Positions 40,477 to 55,200 of a stretch of DNA of 64,000 bases are shown in pieces (the first letter of the stretch is position 1; the number at the start of each line of letters is the position of its first letter). Position numbers and translations under genes: made by a program. The stretch is from Kudoa neothunni (lineage: Eukaryota; Animalia; Cnidaria), in NCBI GenBank assembly GCA_964304625.1, contig OZ199839.1, positions 511,970 to 575,969 on the forward strand, in the 5' to 3' direction. A model generated the notes under the pieces. The model saw only the letters and a list, made by a program, of their open reading frames with translations, had not been told where the DNA came from and made no database searches.

Positions 40477-41780
40477 CAGTGGAACCTGGATATTGCATAA
40501 TTTTTTTTAATTCCCAAAAAAATTACGCAGGGGAAGATTTTAAACAATACAGTATTGGCGCACGCGCACTGCATGAAATACAAAAATTTATTCGGGTTTA
40601 AAATAACTAATAATTTCAGTTTGATTGCACCAATTTTTTATTATTTCAGATATAAACTCCATAACTGGATGTGTTTCGTAAGTAATACTGTTGAGTTTTC
40701 TAACATAAAAGTTTTTATGATTAAATTAATTGAATATTTGAATTCCGCATTTGACACAAGCGCTTTATCTTTTACAAGTTTGGATCGACATTTTTTTAAA
40801 TCTATCAACTGCATACGCTTTAGGCAAAGCTATTGTTTCTCCATGTATTTTTTTCCTCTTCAGTTTTGTTGATTTCGTCATATTTTTTATCTAAAAATTA
40901 AAGTTGATAAACAATTAAAAAACGTGTCGAATTTTCGCCATTATTTTCGAAACATCTTGAGATGAGTTTTCATTATCGAATAATGTTTAATTTAATATAT
41001 TGAAGAATCAAAGTACAATGTTCAAAAAGTCTAGATTCTCTTAAACAATTTTGAATGATAGTCGATGATACATACGTTTTCCGATACATGATTTAAAGTT
41101 TTAATAAACTCAAATGGTATACTTAAATAAATTTGAATTATCCGAATTTATTATGTTGCACTCTTCGTGTCCTGGTGAAATTTCGGTGAACTCTACCGAA
41201 AAAATTAATCACGGTTTTATTATTCACACTGTTGGTTTCAGCATAAAATTTTTTATGATTAATTCCAAGTCTATGTTTAAATCCCACGAACCAACCGTTA
41301 CTGCCAGGGAATTTGTCTACGCTTATGGATTTATCGTTATTTTTGTCTTTTTCACGATGACGTAAGCAGGGACTACATTTTTCTCATTCTCATTCGCATT
41401 TTAATTATCCATATAAAGAATAAATTATCTAACTCTGTGTATTTGTCTTCATTTATGTTTTTAAGCCAAAATAGTAAAATTAATAATATAATTTTGAGAA
41501 GCTAAAATTTTGTTAATAGTAGAGTACCTTGAAAATATATTATATTGTGGTTAGATAATTTTATGCTATTAGATGGCTTAGGATGTTTAAAAGTCGTTGA
41601 TTTTTCTCCTTTGGGTGATTTAATCGAATTATAATAATCGATAATTTCAATTTTTCATCCACCTTTCGCTGATTCCTTACCATTTTTTTTCGCAAAATTA
41701 AAAAGAAAATTAATCGAGGATTAAACTGAACAATATGTTACGCAGTGGGCGAGATTATATTTTTAGCGCGATATTTTAAA
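40477..41780 (-). mobile_element. Degraded Tigger/pogo transposon
   Basis: TA|CAGTGGAACCTGGATATTGCATAA TIR. Minus-strand MVRNQRKVDEKLK and EDKYTELDNLFFIWII (CENP-B-type HTH) resemble the element at 61611. Confidence 0.6.
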
Positions 41781-43344
41781 TTTATATTTCTCTAGTAAAA
41801 CATTTTCATCCTTGTTCACTCGGTAACATTCATTTAAATAATATACAAGCAAAGTTTAAGTAAAAAAACAAAATACGGCATTGGCTATTCTTACGATAAG
41901 GAATATCTTCTAGAATAGCTAACAGATTACAAAACTGATTTCGTTAATGTATTAAGCTATTTCTATTTCCTCATTTTTACAAAAATTTATTAAGTAGTTT
42001 TTTTATTAAAATTGGCTGATAAGTATGATCCTTGAATCATCCTATATTTGTTGAATTCACTTAAATTTACTTATTCGTAAATACACCAGCGTAAGTAATA
42101 GGTTTTAAAGGATGAAAATAACATTTTCATCCTACAAATAAGTTCAGGGATTTAGTCATGAACCACATACGTCATGCGTCCTAGCCAGCCAAAGTAATCT
42201 TGTCTAAAACGCACGAAACGTCGCTTTTAATGCTGTGAAGCTGTTGATTTTTAAATAAATTTCTGAATTTCCTTCTTGGTTTTCATTGAAATTGATATAT
42301 TTTATTTAGAATATATTTAGAAGAAATATTTACATTTTCCAATTCTCGAAATTTGAGAGTAGGTGACCATTTTTTATCTAACTATGAAATTTTTGTTCAA
42401 AATTTAATGTATACAATTTTAAAATAATTCTATTCCTTAAACCAAGCTTTTTTTAAATAGAATTCAAAAATATTTCCCCTGTATCAACCATAGTAATGTA
42501 TAATGAAAAAAATTTATATCCATTAATAATCAACGCGCGGAATTGATAAGAAGTGGTGAAATTTCAATAGGATACTAAAAAATTCCCATATTCCTGGAAT
42601 ATTAGCGTTATTTTCAATAGTGTATAGCAGAAATTTATGAATCCCCTCCTAGAAGAAATCTCAAATGAATAAGTTATCATAAATAATCATGGTTAGAAAG
42701 AAAATCTCAATTCAATAGCAACAATTCACCCATCTACAACAATTTTTACGTTAATAAATATTTTTGTGAAATGTGACGGTAACGAAAATAACACCTGGAG
42801 AATTTTTCGTATAGTTTCTCTTGAGGTAAGATTGCTACTCAAATATTTTAATATAAAAAATTTATTAATTATTGATACAAATTTTTAATCCAGATAGTAG
42901 TTTTTAAATAGGATTTAAAAGTATAGTATTATGTGTAAGCAATATAAATTAGAATTAACCTCAGCAGCTTAAATTCCCAAATACAACCCCGCCAAACAAT
43001 TCTCGAGTGTCAAATATTAGAAATTGTAAAATAATGCCCATTTGGATATTTAATAAAACTGAGATATCTAACCATCATCCTTTCGTTCAAATTTTCCATC
43101 AAAATTCAATGTATTAGACTGAAGGTTATAGAACAAATATTAATAAGCTTCCAAAATACAAATGAAATTATGTACAAATAATTAAAAATATATTTATTAT
43201 TATTCGTGTATAAATTAATGTATAAATAGCCTCGTAAATATTAAATACATATTTCAATACATTCCAAAAATAAATAACTAATTTTAAATAAGGTTAACCA
43301 AATTCATAACGTTTACTTTTCCCAAATTCAACGAACACGTAGAG

Positions 43345-46311
43345 CAGGGATGAACAAACTACGGTCCGTGAGAGGCTCCAACACCAGTCGCCAAAAATTT
43401 TTTTATTCCTAGTAAATTTAAATTTATATATCTAACTCTCATAATCCAAATGCTTATTTTGCTTTAAAGAATTTTAATGTGCATTGTATTCAATAATTTA
43501 AATAATTCATCGCAAACGTCAAGCCTATGTGAATTAGGTATTATAATTCTAACATTGCTAGAAACAATCATTCTAAGAGAAAATATAGTTAAAAAAATAA
43601 AATATAATTTATTTAAAAATCGTTTCATATCATAATTTAATTTCTAAATATTAACTTTTATGTATGAACTATAAAGGGGTCATCGAAAAAGGACTATATA
43701 TATTAAAAATGATCTCAAATATCTAATAGATAACATCAGTCACAAAAATTGGAAAATCTCTCTTTATTTGCCCTCGGGAGCTAATTAATCATGATATAAT
43801 AAGCTCATTACACATTATATTCTACCAACTTTTAATATCGTAATGTAGACTTCGTTTAACTGGTATTCAAGGATCTACTGATCGATGAGAATTTCTCTAT
43901 TCAAGTTATTTCTGATTTTATACACACAAGGATAACTTTTTTAGCATAATTAAGCGATGTAAACTAACAAAAAATACTACTCTAAATAGACGTAAAATAT
44001 ATACCGAAAGATGACGTTATAAACAACAGTTACTCCTTTTATATTTTTGCTGAAACCATTGTTTTTAAAAAAAATTTTCGGAAACTTTCTTTAGTATACG
44101 ATTTTGTTGAGATTGCTAGTTCCAATCTATCTAAAAAAGAAAAATGAAGACGAATGTCGGAGTTTCAATTACGAGGACTGAAAAGTGCTTTTTTTGACCA
44201 GCATCAATAATAAGGCTGTATGTTTGATTTTCCGTGATACAATCTCTGTGTACAAAGAATACAACTTGAAACATTATTATCAAACCAAATATTACAATTC
44301 TGGCTGCAATTTGTCACAGGAAGAATTGAAAAAGAATACATCCGATATGATACAAAATTTAAAACCCCAACAACAAAATTTATTTTGAAAAGAAACATCC
44401 ATACAAAGAGATGTAGCGACAACTAGCTTTATATTTTCCTACAAATTTTGCAAGACATAACAAGGCATTCTCAGATGGGGAGTTTATTAACGAGTGTTTT
44501 ATGGATGCTGTTAATGTTGTGTGCCCTGAAGTCATCTCGAAAATTGAAGCAATTCCTCTATCACGAAGAACAATTGTTCTACGAATTGAAAATATTTCTC
44601 AAAATGCACCAGAAATTTCGGTCGAACAAACTTCCAACCATGAGTAATAATCTATTGGTTTTGACGAAAATGAAGATGCTACGAATATCGCTCAATTACT
44701 CGTTCTTGTAAAAGGAATTGACCATAATTTTGAACTTAACGAGGAGCTTTTATCACTTGAATCCTTGAAGAATACCACAACTGGACAAGATTTTTTTTGA
44801 TAGCGTTATGAATAGTTGGAACAGTTCTAGTTTAAGCTTGGACAAACTCTCCAGTGTCACTACTGATGGAGCTCCCTGACTCGTGGGAAAACACTCTGGA
44901 CTAATAAAACTGATGAATGATAAAATCAATGAAGATTTTCCATCACAAAAAAGTTTGTCATTTCATTGTATTATACACCAAGAAAGCTTGTGTAGATCTT
45001 CATTGAAATTCTAGCATGTTTTGGACTCTGTAGTGTGTGCTGTTAATGTGATAAGATTAAGAGCTCTTCTACATAGGTAATTTAAGAGTTTTTTAAAGGT
45101 CATTGTATCTGAGTTTACTGATGTACTCTATTACAATAATGTACGATAGTTAAGTATGGGTAGAGTCATAAGTAGAGTATAGCCCCTGAAAACCGAAATT
45201 TCCCTCTTCTTAAACACAACGGACATTAGTTGCGATTTTGTTGATAAAATCAAAAATCCTGCATGGTTCTGTGATTTTGCATTCGCTTTAGTTATAATGA
45301 AAATGATGAATGACTTGAGTGCAAAATTCCATGGCAAAAGGTGTATTTGCTCACGAGTTAAATTTGGAAGTTAAATATTTCCGAATAAAACTTCAACTTT
45401 TTTTCTATAAACTTAAAAATCAAAACTTTGTCCATTTTCCAAAACTAAAGGTTCAAAAGCCCCAGAAACATTATTTGATAACTATAATTCCCAGCTAATA
45501 GGGTTAAAAGAAGAGTTCGCCAGAAGATTCTCCGATTTTAGGTTAATCGAAAGTGACTTTACTTTGCTCTGTTCACCTGTTATATGTGACATTGAAACAT
45601 CCCCAGAAGAACTTCAATTAGAATCAATAGACCTGCAAGAGGACATTTCACTTAAAAAAATGTTCGAAACAAAAATTTGATTAGCTTTTACTCTGCTCTC
45701 AACAATGATAAGTTCTCTAATTTGGGAAGGTTTGCTAAAAGAATGTTTGTTATTTTTGCATCAACACACATATATGAGCAAACATTCTCTGTAATGAAAA
45801 TAAACAAGTCTCATAATAGAACGATAATGGCAGACTCCAATCTTCATCAGACTTTGAGAGTAAATACAAGCTCATTAACGCCTGATTTTGAAAGAATTAT
45901 TAACGATAACTGCCAGATCCATAAAGCAAATTAGTTATTTTTATTTAGTATTATGTTTTTTATGATGTTTGTTTTTATTTGCTCGCGAATGAAAAATCTC
46001 CTTATTAAATTAAACTTAAACTATTATGGAAAATTTTATAATTAGAATATTTTATGTTGTTTTTAAGAAGATAAATTATCTAAAATTTTCGGAATCAGGG
46101 CTTTTTTAGAAGCTCATACGATTTAGAAATTTCTTCCATTGTAAGTAATATTTAGGGTTGTAATAAGTAAAATATTTAAATTTATTTTAATTAATGAAAA
46201 TATATGTAGTCGATAAAGAATGAGTTTTAAAACATTCTCTATCTTTCATTAGTACATAAGGCTATTTTTTTATGGATGCGGCCCTCATACTAAAAAGTCT
46301 ACCCATCCCTG
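43345..46311 (+). mobile_element. hAT (Charlie/Buster, GTF2IRD2/SPIN-like) transposon, full length with inactivated transposase
   Basis: TIRs CAGGGATG...CATCCCTG and near-TSD ACGTAGAG/ACGTGAAG. Transposase motifs CLI..KEYNLKHYY, FSDGEF, LSRRT, TTDGAP, FHCIIHQESLC and FASTHIYEQTFSVMKINKS; many stops. Confidence 0.92.
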
Positions 46312-46728
46312 ACGTGAAGTAAGAATAAAGCATTTTTTCCACCAAACAAAGACCCATACTAAGTGTTATTATGGCAAATTTAAAGAACCAACTACGATAT
46401 AACGCTCAATCTCACTAGTGAATATTAATAAAAAGATATCATTATGAAATTTTATTTTAGAGGAAATAAAAAATGACTCTACACATCAGTGAAATCAGTT
46501 TTATAAAATCCTGGCTATTCTAGGAGATATTGTTTACCATGCCAATAGCCACCTCCGTTATAAATAGTACGGGGGTGAATGTATTTTTGATCATACTTCA
46601 CCATTAATTTTGTCATACATTTTCATTAATAAATATAATCAAATACAGCCGATTATAATACATTAAGCGGCAGGAATCGTGTGTTTTAAAATTGTCCACT
46701 AAGTTAACCTTACATTTTTTATCGTAAA

Positions 46729-46760
46729 CTAGCGGTAACTGTTCAGCGTTGCTTGGGGGT
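46729..46760 (-). mobile_element. Helitron-like 3' terminus (degenerate hairpin + CTAG)
   Basis: Minus strand reads CCCCCAAGCAACGCTGAACAGTTACCGCTAG|T. Confidence 0.35.
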
Positions 46761-46879
46761 ATTAAGCAATGAAAAATTTCTTAATAACACTCAAAAAAGA
46801 TTTTTATATTTCAAATTAACCTATAGATTCAGTTAAACTAACAATTTTTTAAGAATTATATTTTAACGACCTTGAATAT

Positions 46880-47750
46880 GAAATTTAAATTATGATCATT
46901 TCTGTGAAGGAGTGTACCAATCCCGGGGGTCATTTAAAAATTTCGTGGCCCGATACCATCGCAATATAATTTATGTTTAATGTCGTGTTTTTTTCATTCC
47001 CGAATTACGTAAATCTCGTTAACATGTTATCTAAAAGGTTATTTTTGGTCCGGTTCAGAAAGTTTTTGCTATTCTTCTTAGGGATGGTAAAAAAATATAT
47101 AGAGATAGAAGAAAACGTATGAAAATTAATTGATATTATCAAAATTAGCATCCCTTGACCCGGTATAAACATTAATGCATTATTCCGAACAAACAGCTAA
47201 AATCGTTTCAATATAAACATAAATAATTTATATAATTAGATGAAGTAAGGGTACAACCATCTGCATTGAACTTAATCACGGAAAGTTAAACTTAGCGGAC
47301 GACTTCAATAGAATCTACGGACGCAGTATTTCCATTATAATGCTTCAATCAATGTAATTTTAACTTTTTCCGCCAATTCGTTATTCATGAAACATACATA
47401 AATTTTTTATCATATCTAAAACCATTAATAGGACCTTCAAAATGTGTTTATCAGTCAAACACGTTAAAACTCCACAAATAAGGAGTGCCTTTGCACAAAC
47501 ACCAAAATAGAAACACCAACTTTATAAATAAAGATAGACGACATCGCTTTATTGACATTTGATAGAGCATATAAAGGAGAGAGTTATCTTAAACCGACCA
47601 TTACCATGACATAAGCAGGCGTTATTCCTATTGATGAACTCAAGTAATCCGTTTAACAAACTTTGAATCGACAAAATCACTATTTTCCAAACACTCTTGG
47701 GAACATTTTGTAGTGTGAAAACGATTTTAAAGATTTTTAAAACCTTATGA
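46880..47750 (-). mobile_element. Possible decayed CACTA/EnSpm-like transposase remnant
   Basis: Minus-strand LSVIKFNADGCTL and LYCDGIGPRNF resemble the xNxDG and CDxPAR motifs; very degraded. Confidence 0.25.
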
Positions 47751-48592
47751 TTTTTAAAAAATTTTTAAATGTCTATCTATAAGGAGAAAATTTTACAGCA
47801 CATGCATACTTGCTGACAAAAACAGGGCGTCCAATGAGACTGTCAGAAAAAATCCCAAGGCCGCAAAGAAAACACAATAGTATTACCAAAATAACAGAAA
47901 TTTTTATTTTAAACGCGTTTGCTAATTATTGTTGTAAATTGAATCATCTTCATCATCTTCACAACCCTTAGTAAAGTTGATCTATTTTTCAAGCGCTCAA
48001 GGTATCGTTAGCTCACAACACCGCTGCTCACGTCATGTATTAGTATATTTGTTGGTTGGGACGACAAACACGTATTATTATTTCTTCTGATCAACTGCTT
48101 TGTTATAAGTTTACATTTTACAGTTTTAACCTTTAATGAGTTAGTTTGTTTAGTTTTTACTGTTTTCATTAATGAACAAATTCGTTAAACATTTGCAAAA
48201 GCTGAAATTTCTGTCATTAGCATATTGATCAAGCCAAAGCCAATATTTAAAATCTACTGTCAAACAATCTTGATCGGGGCACATATTATCCCACGTTCTT
48301 TTTTTATCTCCGTTTTAAATTTCACGCATACTTTCAAATAATATACGTCAGTAACTTCAAAATATGTTACTAAAAACACTAGGAAATTTTAAGACGGCGA
48401 TGAAATACCAAAATACAATCACAGAATAATAAGAACAATTGATTAAATAACAATTATCTAGTGGTTGGAAAACAGCGCGTCGGCAAACGTGATATCTATT
48501 TAAAATTTCGAAAAATTTAATTCTCTCCATTACCAAAACAAGAAATATGATTATTCTACCTAAATGTAAAACTTATTATTCATAAACTAAAG

Positions 48593-48649
48593 GGGGTTAA
48601 GATCGGTTCAGTTTTTGACAAACCCGAAACCGAACCGTCTTAACCCTTA
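48593..48649. mobile_element. Tiny foldback/MITE
   Basis: Inverted repeats GGGTTAAGATCGGTTC ... GAACCGTCTTAACCC. Confidence 0.5.
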
Positions 48650-49550
48650 CTCACACTCTCGTTATCACGCACAACACTTATTTTATCGGGTTCAAGCCTA
48701 TTCAATCACATATCACGTTTTTCCATCACGTCCAAGCTTTTTTAGAAACTATAACCTGAGCTTTATTTGGACCTCAAAAAATGCGTGGAATGCTTAATTT
48801 TTTTTCTACATCCGCAATAAGTGTGTAATGAATCAGTTCCATTTATAGGGATTATTGTGCATAGACGTATACATTATCTGGAAATATAGATGAAGAGTTT
48901 TCAAAATTATTCTTTAACATTCAAAATTAACCTTAATCCCCTTCAAATAAAATCATGATTTCTAAATAATATAAAAATATTTCTGATATCACAATTTCTT
49001 GATAATCATTTTTAGGAAGTCGAAGTACTACTGCATGCAAATTATCGGAAAATTTTCATAATAAATCTATTATTTATTTAAAAATAAGGAAATATTGTAA
49101 AATACAATATAATGTTGAGCTCAAAACAATTTGGGAGTGAAAATGTGTAAATCAGTAATGAGAGATGCATGATGAATTTATCGAGGTTTGACTCTATATC
49201 GTGCGTGTAACGTGAGATAATTAGAAACTCTGGCGTATACCAATTATTACGACTGCATCAAATAATAAATGTACACAAACATATAATATAATTTAAATAT
49301 TAGTCTCACGATATTTATAAAGTGAATGATTTTTCATCAATAGATCATTATATAAGGCTATATTCAAGCTAAAACTCTATTATTTTGGAGATTAAAACAA
49401 TTTTCATAATAACTAAATCGGTAGGAATTAACTCCAAAACAACAAGAAGTTAATTATTGAATAATAAGCGATAGCAAATAAACATATCCACTGATAAACT
49501 ATCATACATTCGGTAAATGTTCCAAATTTAAAAACTATCTAAGAGATAAA

Positions 49551-51422
49551 TCAGGTTTTTAGAAAAGATAACACTTTTTCGTATATAATGAATGAGAGCG
49601 TCACCGAAGGTAACACTTTTACAAAGTTGGGCCCGAACCCACTATAAAAGCCCCGAATCCCGTTTGTAGAGTGGATATCTCTACAAAGTTTATACATATA
49701 TCTTAGATCGTGAGAAATATTTAATTTTCCAGGTCGTTGGTACACCTGCATATTGGTTCTTACAACAACCAATGGATAGGTTGAAAATTGAGCGATACAA
49801 TTTGCCAATGAGCTGGCCAAAAATATAGCTCCAATACTTAACGTAGAATCCGATTTGTGTGGAAGGTAGTATTTTTTGTAGGTAAATTTGATTGACTTTC
49901 AAATACGATCAATAAATTCAGCCACACTTAATTACCTCATAAACCGATAAATTGATACCACTGTATGGAAAAGCACCGGCAAGACACGGAATAATACCTC
50001 TATACAAACTAGCATAACCTTCTTTGGTGGTTATTTTGTAAAAGGTATCGAAAATTCCAGAATATTGGTTATAATTGGAGACTGCGATCCGGGTTTTTAC
50101 TACCTATTTCAGGTAGTAAACACAATAACAACGCTTGTCTTGTATTTTGGTAATGGTATATTACCTCTAAAGGATAGGTTATGAGTTGCGACGTAGTTCC
50201 AGCCAATGAGCCACAAATAAATTTATCCAACAAAGTGGAATGTTCTTTGTCTTTGTGAAGTACCTGCTTGAACTAGATTCCATTTGAACTAATGGTGAAA
50301 TTTGATGATTTTACTTACAAAATCATAAAAGGCAAATCTAAGGGCTGATTCAGGACCAACTTTGATACAGTTCACACCATTTCCCCTCCAAAATCCCATA
50401 TAACCACCATCCAGATAGATTTTCTGACAGATATTTTTGATTGTTGGTTTGGTGGACTGGAAAGCTCGAACCTTATCAACGAAAGACAATTCATATTAAT
50501 CACCACCAGCAAATCAAAAAATACTTGCATTAGAACTTTGACTCTATCCATAGGGGCGGTAACAGATCTAGAAACTAAAATAACGAATTCTAATAGTCAT
50601 CATTAAGATGTATCACCTATTCCTGCTATACCCCCAGCCAATAGCTGTTTAGCGATATTTTTAGACATTCTTATTGTAGGGTCGTCTTTTTTTACCGGTA
50701 TAATAGCTTCATTCCCAGTATCCACCATCTAATCGAATAATCGAATGCTAGCCCAAACACCCAACAGTTCAAACAACCCATACCACACGATGAAATTCAG
50801 ATACCATATCTTTTATAGATTTTTCGTGATATCGTTTGATACATTGTTCGCATTGTATGTCAGATTTTTGATGATTACATTTTTTGAAACTACATTTAAT
50901 CGATAAGAATCCAATATAACAACAATACCAATTTCTAACGTGTGTTATACTTTTTAACGTGCGTCTCCACTTCTTCGGCCGAAGCTTCGAATCCAAGTTG
51001 AGATAGTTTTTCCAAAATTTGCTCAAGTTGGGGTGATTCTTTTCAATTTTAAGCAATTTAAATTTTTAAAAAATAAATTACGAGATTTCTGAGATCCATG
51101 CAATGATAGGAGATTGTTTATTTTACTTTGCCAATAGCAAAGCGCCAAAAATTCTTCTTTAGTAAATTCGCTCCGATTTCGTTCATTAGCTATACTTTTT
51201 AGAATCTTTTCGAATTAATTATTTAAAAATTTATTTCTTTGTGCTCCATATTTAAAAATAAAAATATACCTCAGCTATTTCGTTGACATCTGCATTGGTT
51301 AACGACTCCACTAGTATTTCGGTACTGAGAACACCTTTATTAAACACATCCTTTTTTTCAAATATTTCTTTGTAAAAATTCTCATCAAAATTCTTTGTTC
51401 CATTATCAACCTCTCCACTCAT
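49551..51422 (-). CDS. Calcium-binding mitochondrial carrier SCaMC / ATP-Mg/Pi carrier (SLC25A23/24/25 family), about 10 exons, degenerate EF-hands
   Basis: Spliced LLAGGIAGIVSRSVTAPMDRVKVLMQ, FWRGNGVNCIKVGPESALRF, YPLEVVKTRIAV, TYPLVVVRTNMQ and GFYSGFGPNFVKVLP. The N-terminal EF-hand-derived region ends in VDTGNEAIIP. Confidence 0.88.
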
Positions 51423-52286
51423 AGCCGTGCGAAAAATAATAAATATAACTATAGAAATTTAGCACTAAGCGCAATTTATACGCTGCGCTAGGCAGCTTGC
51501 GCAGAAATTTGGTTATCGTTCTGTGATATATCATTATGAATTATAATTACATAGATTTTCATTGTTTTAAAATAATTATTCTAAAAACAATAGAATTTTT
51601 TAAACTCTGATATTAGAACCAAAAATTTAGATGGATAATCTGCGGGCGTGGATTTGGGCTGAACCCCAATCGAAATTCCAAATCAACAACTCCCGGAGCG
51701 CATCACAAATGCAGTCGGTTGAATTATAAATAATTAATCGGATAGAGAAAATGTTTGTTATCAATGTTTACGAATAATAATATAAAGAGTCTCTCCTGAC
51801 CTATATATAATGATGGAGTCTAACTGGCAAACACCGAGGATGTTCGTATTAAACATAGAATTTTAAGAGGTTACAAATTAAAATTTAATCTAATAGTTGA
51901 TTTAAGATAATATATTAAAAGTAATATTTTATTATGTGATCTTCATGTTAAATTTCTAGTGACAACAAAAGTTGGTCATGTTTCAAAAAATTTATAAAAA
52001 TTTGTCATTGTTTCTCTAAGTTGTTTTTATTAATTTATTTGTCGATATGATGAAATATATATGGCATAGTGTGAAATGAGCCCGAAAAACTCTCCAGAAA
52101 TACACAGGGGAATCTTCAGTTAATATATCTTGTTTTTATAATTGCTACAGACAACGGTTTGTAAATATATGGTATCCATATAATTATTCAGTTTATGGTA
52201 GGACATAAACTTTGACTGTGGGTGAGCAGCGAGAAATCTACAATTTTTAATATTTAGGACGTTATTTTTGAATTCGATAATAATTA

Positions 52287-55200
52287 AAGTAATGGAAAGG
52301 TCGTACGTACTACGGTAGTACTACTGCCGGATAATACGTACTTATTGCACGCGCGCACAAAAATATCGAAACACAATACTAGCTATAACTTACCTTAAAT
52401 ATTAATGAAAAGACAATTGGTTTTTTTGTTTAAAATTACAATTGAAAAATGAATTAATATCTGGAAAAGAATCAGACATTAACTCCCACTTTTTTGAGCC
52501 ATGATGTTTAACCCTCTAACCGACTCGGATTGTATTACACCTAAAAGCACTTTTATTCTGACCATAAAATTTCGCGCGCTTTTTCAAATCTTTTAAATTT
52601 AGGCAATTCTCCAAAGTTTGTGAATTCTAGCATTTAATAGAATTTAACGGAAAAAAAATTGGATCACCCCCTAAAAAAATCCACCCTCTAACCAACTTGG
52701 AGTAAATATCACCCCAGACTTTTATTGCTTAAATTTACTTAAAAAATTATTTAATTTAATTTGAAAATTATGGAAAAATTCTATCGCAAGAATTTTGAGG
52801 AAAGTCGAAATTACTACAACAAGTAATCAACTTCTGCTTATTTCGATAGCAATGTGCATTCCCTGCGAAAATCATGATGGATATAACTCGACTTTCTGCA
52901 GGTATAATATCCTTGTTTTTTTATTAAACAAATTGTAGGTCAATAATATTTATGATTAATTTTTTTATTGATTATAACTAAATGTTAATATGATAATTCA
53001 GTTCTGATTATAAATATGCTCCAAAATAATAGAATAATAGAGGGGCTTACTCGAATAACACTTCGTACACAAACCAATTACTGGAGATAAATTTCAATCA
53101 GTGAACTTGATGAATTTTTTGATGAAAATCCATCTTCTAAGAGTGAATTGGATGACTACTTGTTAGAACCATCGGATTATTCTGACAAAATTTCAGAGAG
53201 GGAGCTTTCTTATAATACTAAAACAATCAAAAACAGAATTCTCTGGACAATAAAGAAACCTACTTTATCGAGGACATCCATGGAGAATATTACGAATTCC
53301 TATCCTGGCCCAACCGCATACGCTACACAACGAATCACAAATATTTTGGATTGCTTTGTTATATTTTTCACAACCCAAATTTGTGAAGAGATAACAAAAT
53401 TTACAAATATATTTGGGAAACCAGATTTGTTGACTCATGGATTGATCCGGATGAAAAAGAACTTAAAGGATTCCTAGGAATCCTAATATTAATGGCCGAT
53501 CATAAAGATAGAGAGGAGCCACTAACTGAACTTTTCAGTTTAACTGAAGGGAAACCTATCTATCGACAAACTCTTCACGAATCACCAATTTCAGCAAATA
53601 TTAAGATGTCTTCATTTTGATGAAATGGCCATTGGAGAACAACGGAGAGGAAACGAAAAATTTTGTCTGATGTGTTTTGCACCCAGCGAACATGCTAATG
53701 TTGATGAGCAGTTAATATCTTTAGAGGAAGGTGTCCATTTAGGCAATATATGTCATTGAAACCAGCAAAATACGGGTTGAAGTTTTTCCTTCTTGTCAAT
53801 CCTTTGGATAATTATATTGTAAATATTCCTCCATATCTTGAAAAAAACGGAGATGAAACTGACCGAAGCTATAGTGTTGGAGAAAGTATTGTGTTGTCGC
53901 CGGCAGTCCCGTTGTTTCCTAACGGAAGAACGATTGTGGCGGTCAACTTCTTTTCATCCTTAAGGTTAGCGACCAAGTTATTAGAGAGATAATTAACGTA
54001 TCTAGGGACCATTCGACATAACAAAAGAGAATTACCATCATGTGATCTTCCTTCCAAACACAGAGAGTTGTATAGCACCACTTTCGCATTTTTCAAAAAA
54101 ATATGTTAACAAGAAAAGGAAATGTGTGGTTCTTTTTTCGACTGGGACTATTAACACAAACATTTCTAATGAATGTGAAAAGAAAAAGCCCCAACAAATA
54201 TTGTGATACAACAAAACAAAAGTGAGAATGGACACTGTTGACAGAATGTTGTCGTCTGTCTCTGTAAGAAGATTTAACAGGAGATAGCCCATGGTTGTAT
54301 TTTTCAATATGGTCGACTTATCATTAATGATTGCTTTTGCGTTATAAAAAAACATATATAATGATAAAGCGAAATTAAGGCGCACTTTTTTAAAAGAAAT
54401 GGCCTAGACCCTATACCAGATGCCGATGAACAGAAGCAACAAAATAAATAAAGTCATCAAAAGATCGTTTTCATCATCTATCCAAAATTCATGTATCTTA
54501 TCATCAAAAATAAAGAAAGAAAGGACGTTGCGTGTTTTCTCACACCAAAATGACAAAAAAACATTCAATAAATGTTCGAATTGTAGTAAATTCTACTGCA
54601 AAGTTCACTCTTCGAATAAATGTACTGATTGCGCCAAAGTTAAATTCTCATTTTTTACTATTTTATCAAAGGTTATTTTGTTTAAAAGATGTCGTTTTAT
54701 GGCTGTTTGATAGTATTGTTTTAGTTTAATTTATTCCGGAAACGTACGATGCATAAACGAACCTAATCGAGTGAGATTAACTAATGCAGTAATTTCGGTT
54801 TTTCTCAAAATTCTTAGAATAGAATTATGTAAAAATTTGCAATTCGAATTAAAATAATTTTTAAAGTAAATTTAAGCAATAAAAGTCTGGGGTAATATTT
54901 ACCCCGAGTTGGTTGGAGGGTGGTATTTTTTTCATAGCTTCTAGGTTTAAAATAGTTGCCAAGCCCTTCGAAATAAAATAAGGTCATCTGTGAAAGGCTC
55001 AATTTCTTATCGATAAAATCATCATCCGTTTATTAATTATTGGAGAGGGACTGTCAGTGCGCCATTGATATTTCTATGAATTAAAGAGGACATCATTATA
55101 AACCACACCACTACGTATCTACATGTTTCTATGTTTATCCTTCATTTTTCAACTAGCTACCACATTGATGTAACTATACAAACTTATTAATTGTTTAATC

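Noticed and set aside
42480-42830. Sortilin/VPS10-like exon fragments
   Set aside because: There is only a vague resemblance, with many stops; it cannot be supported.
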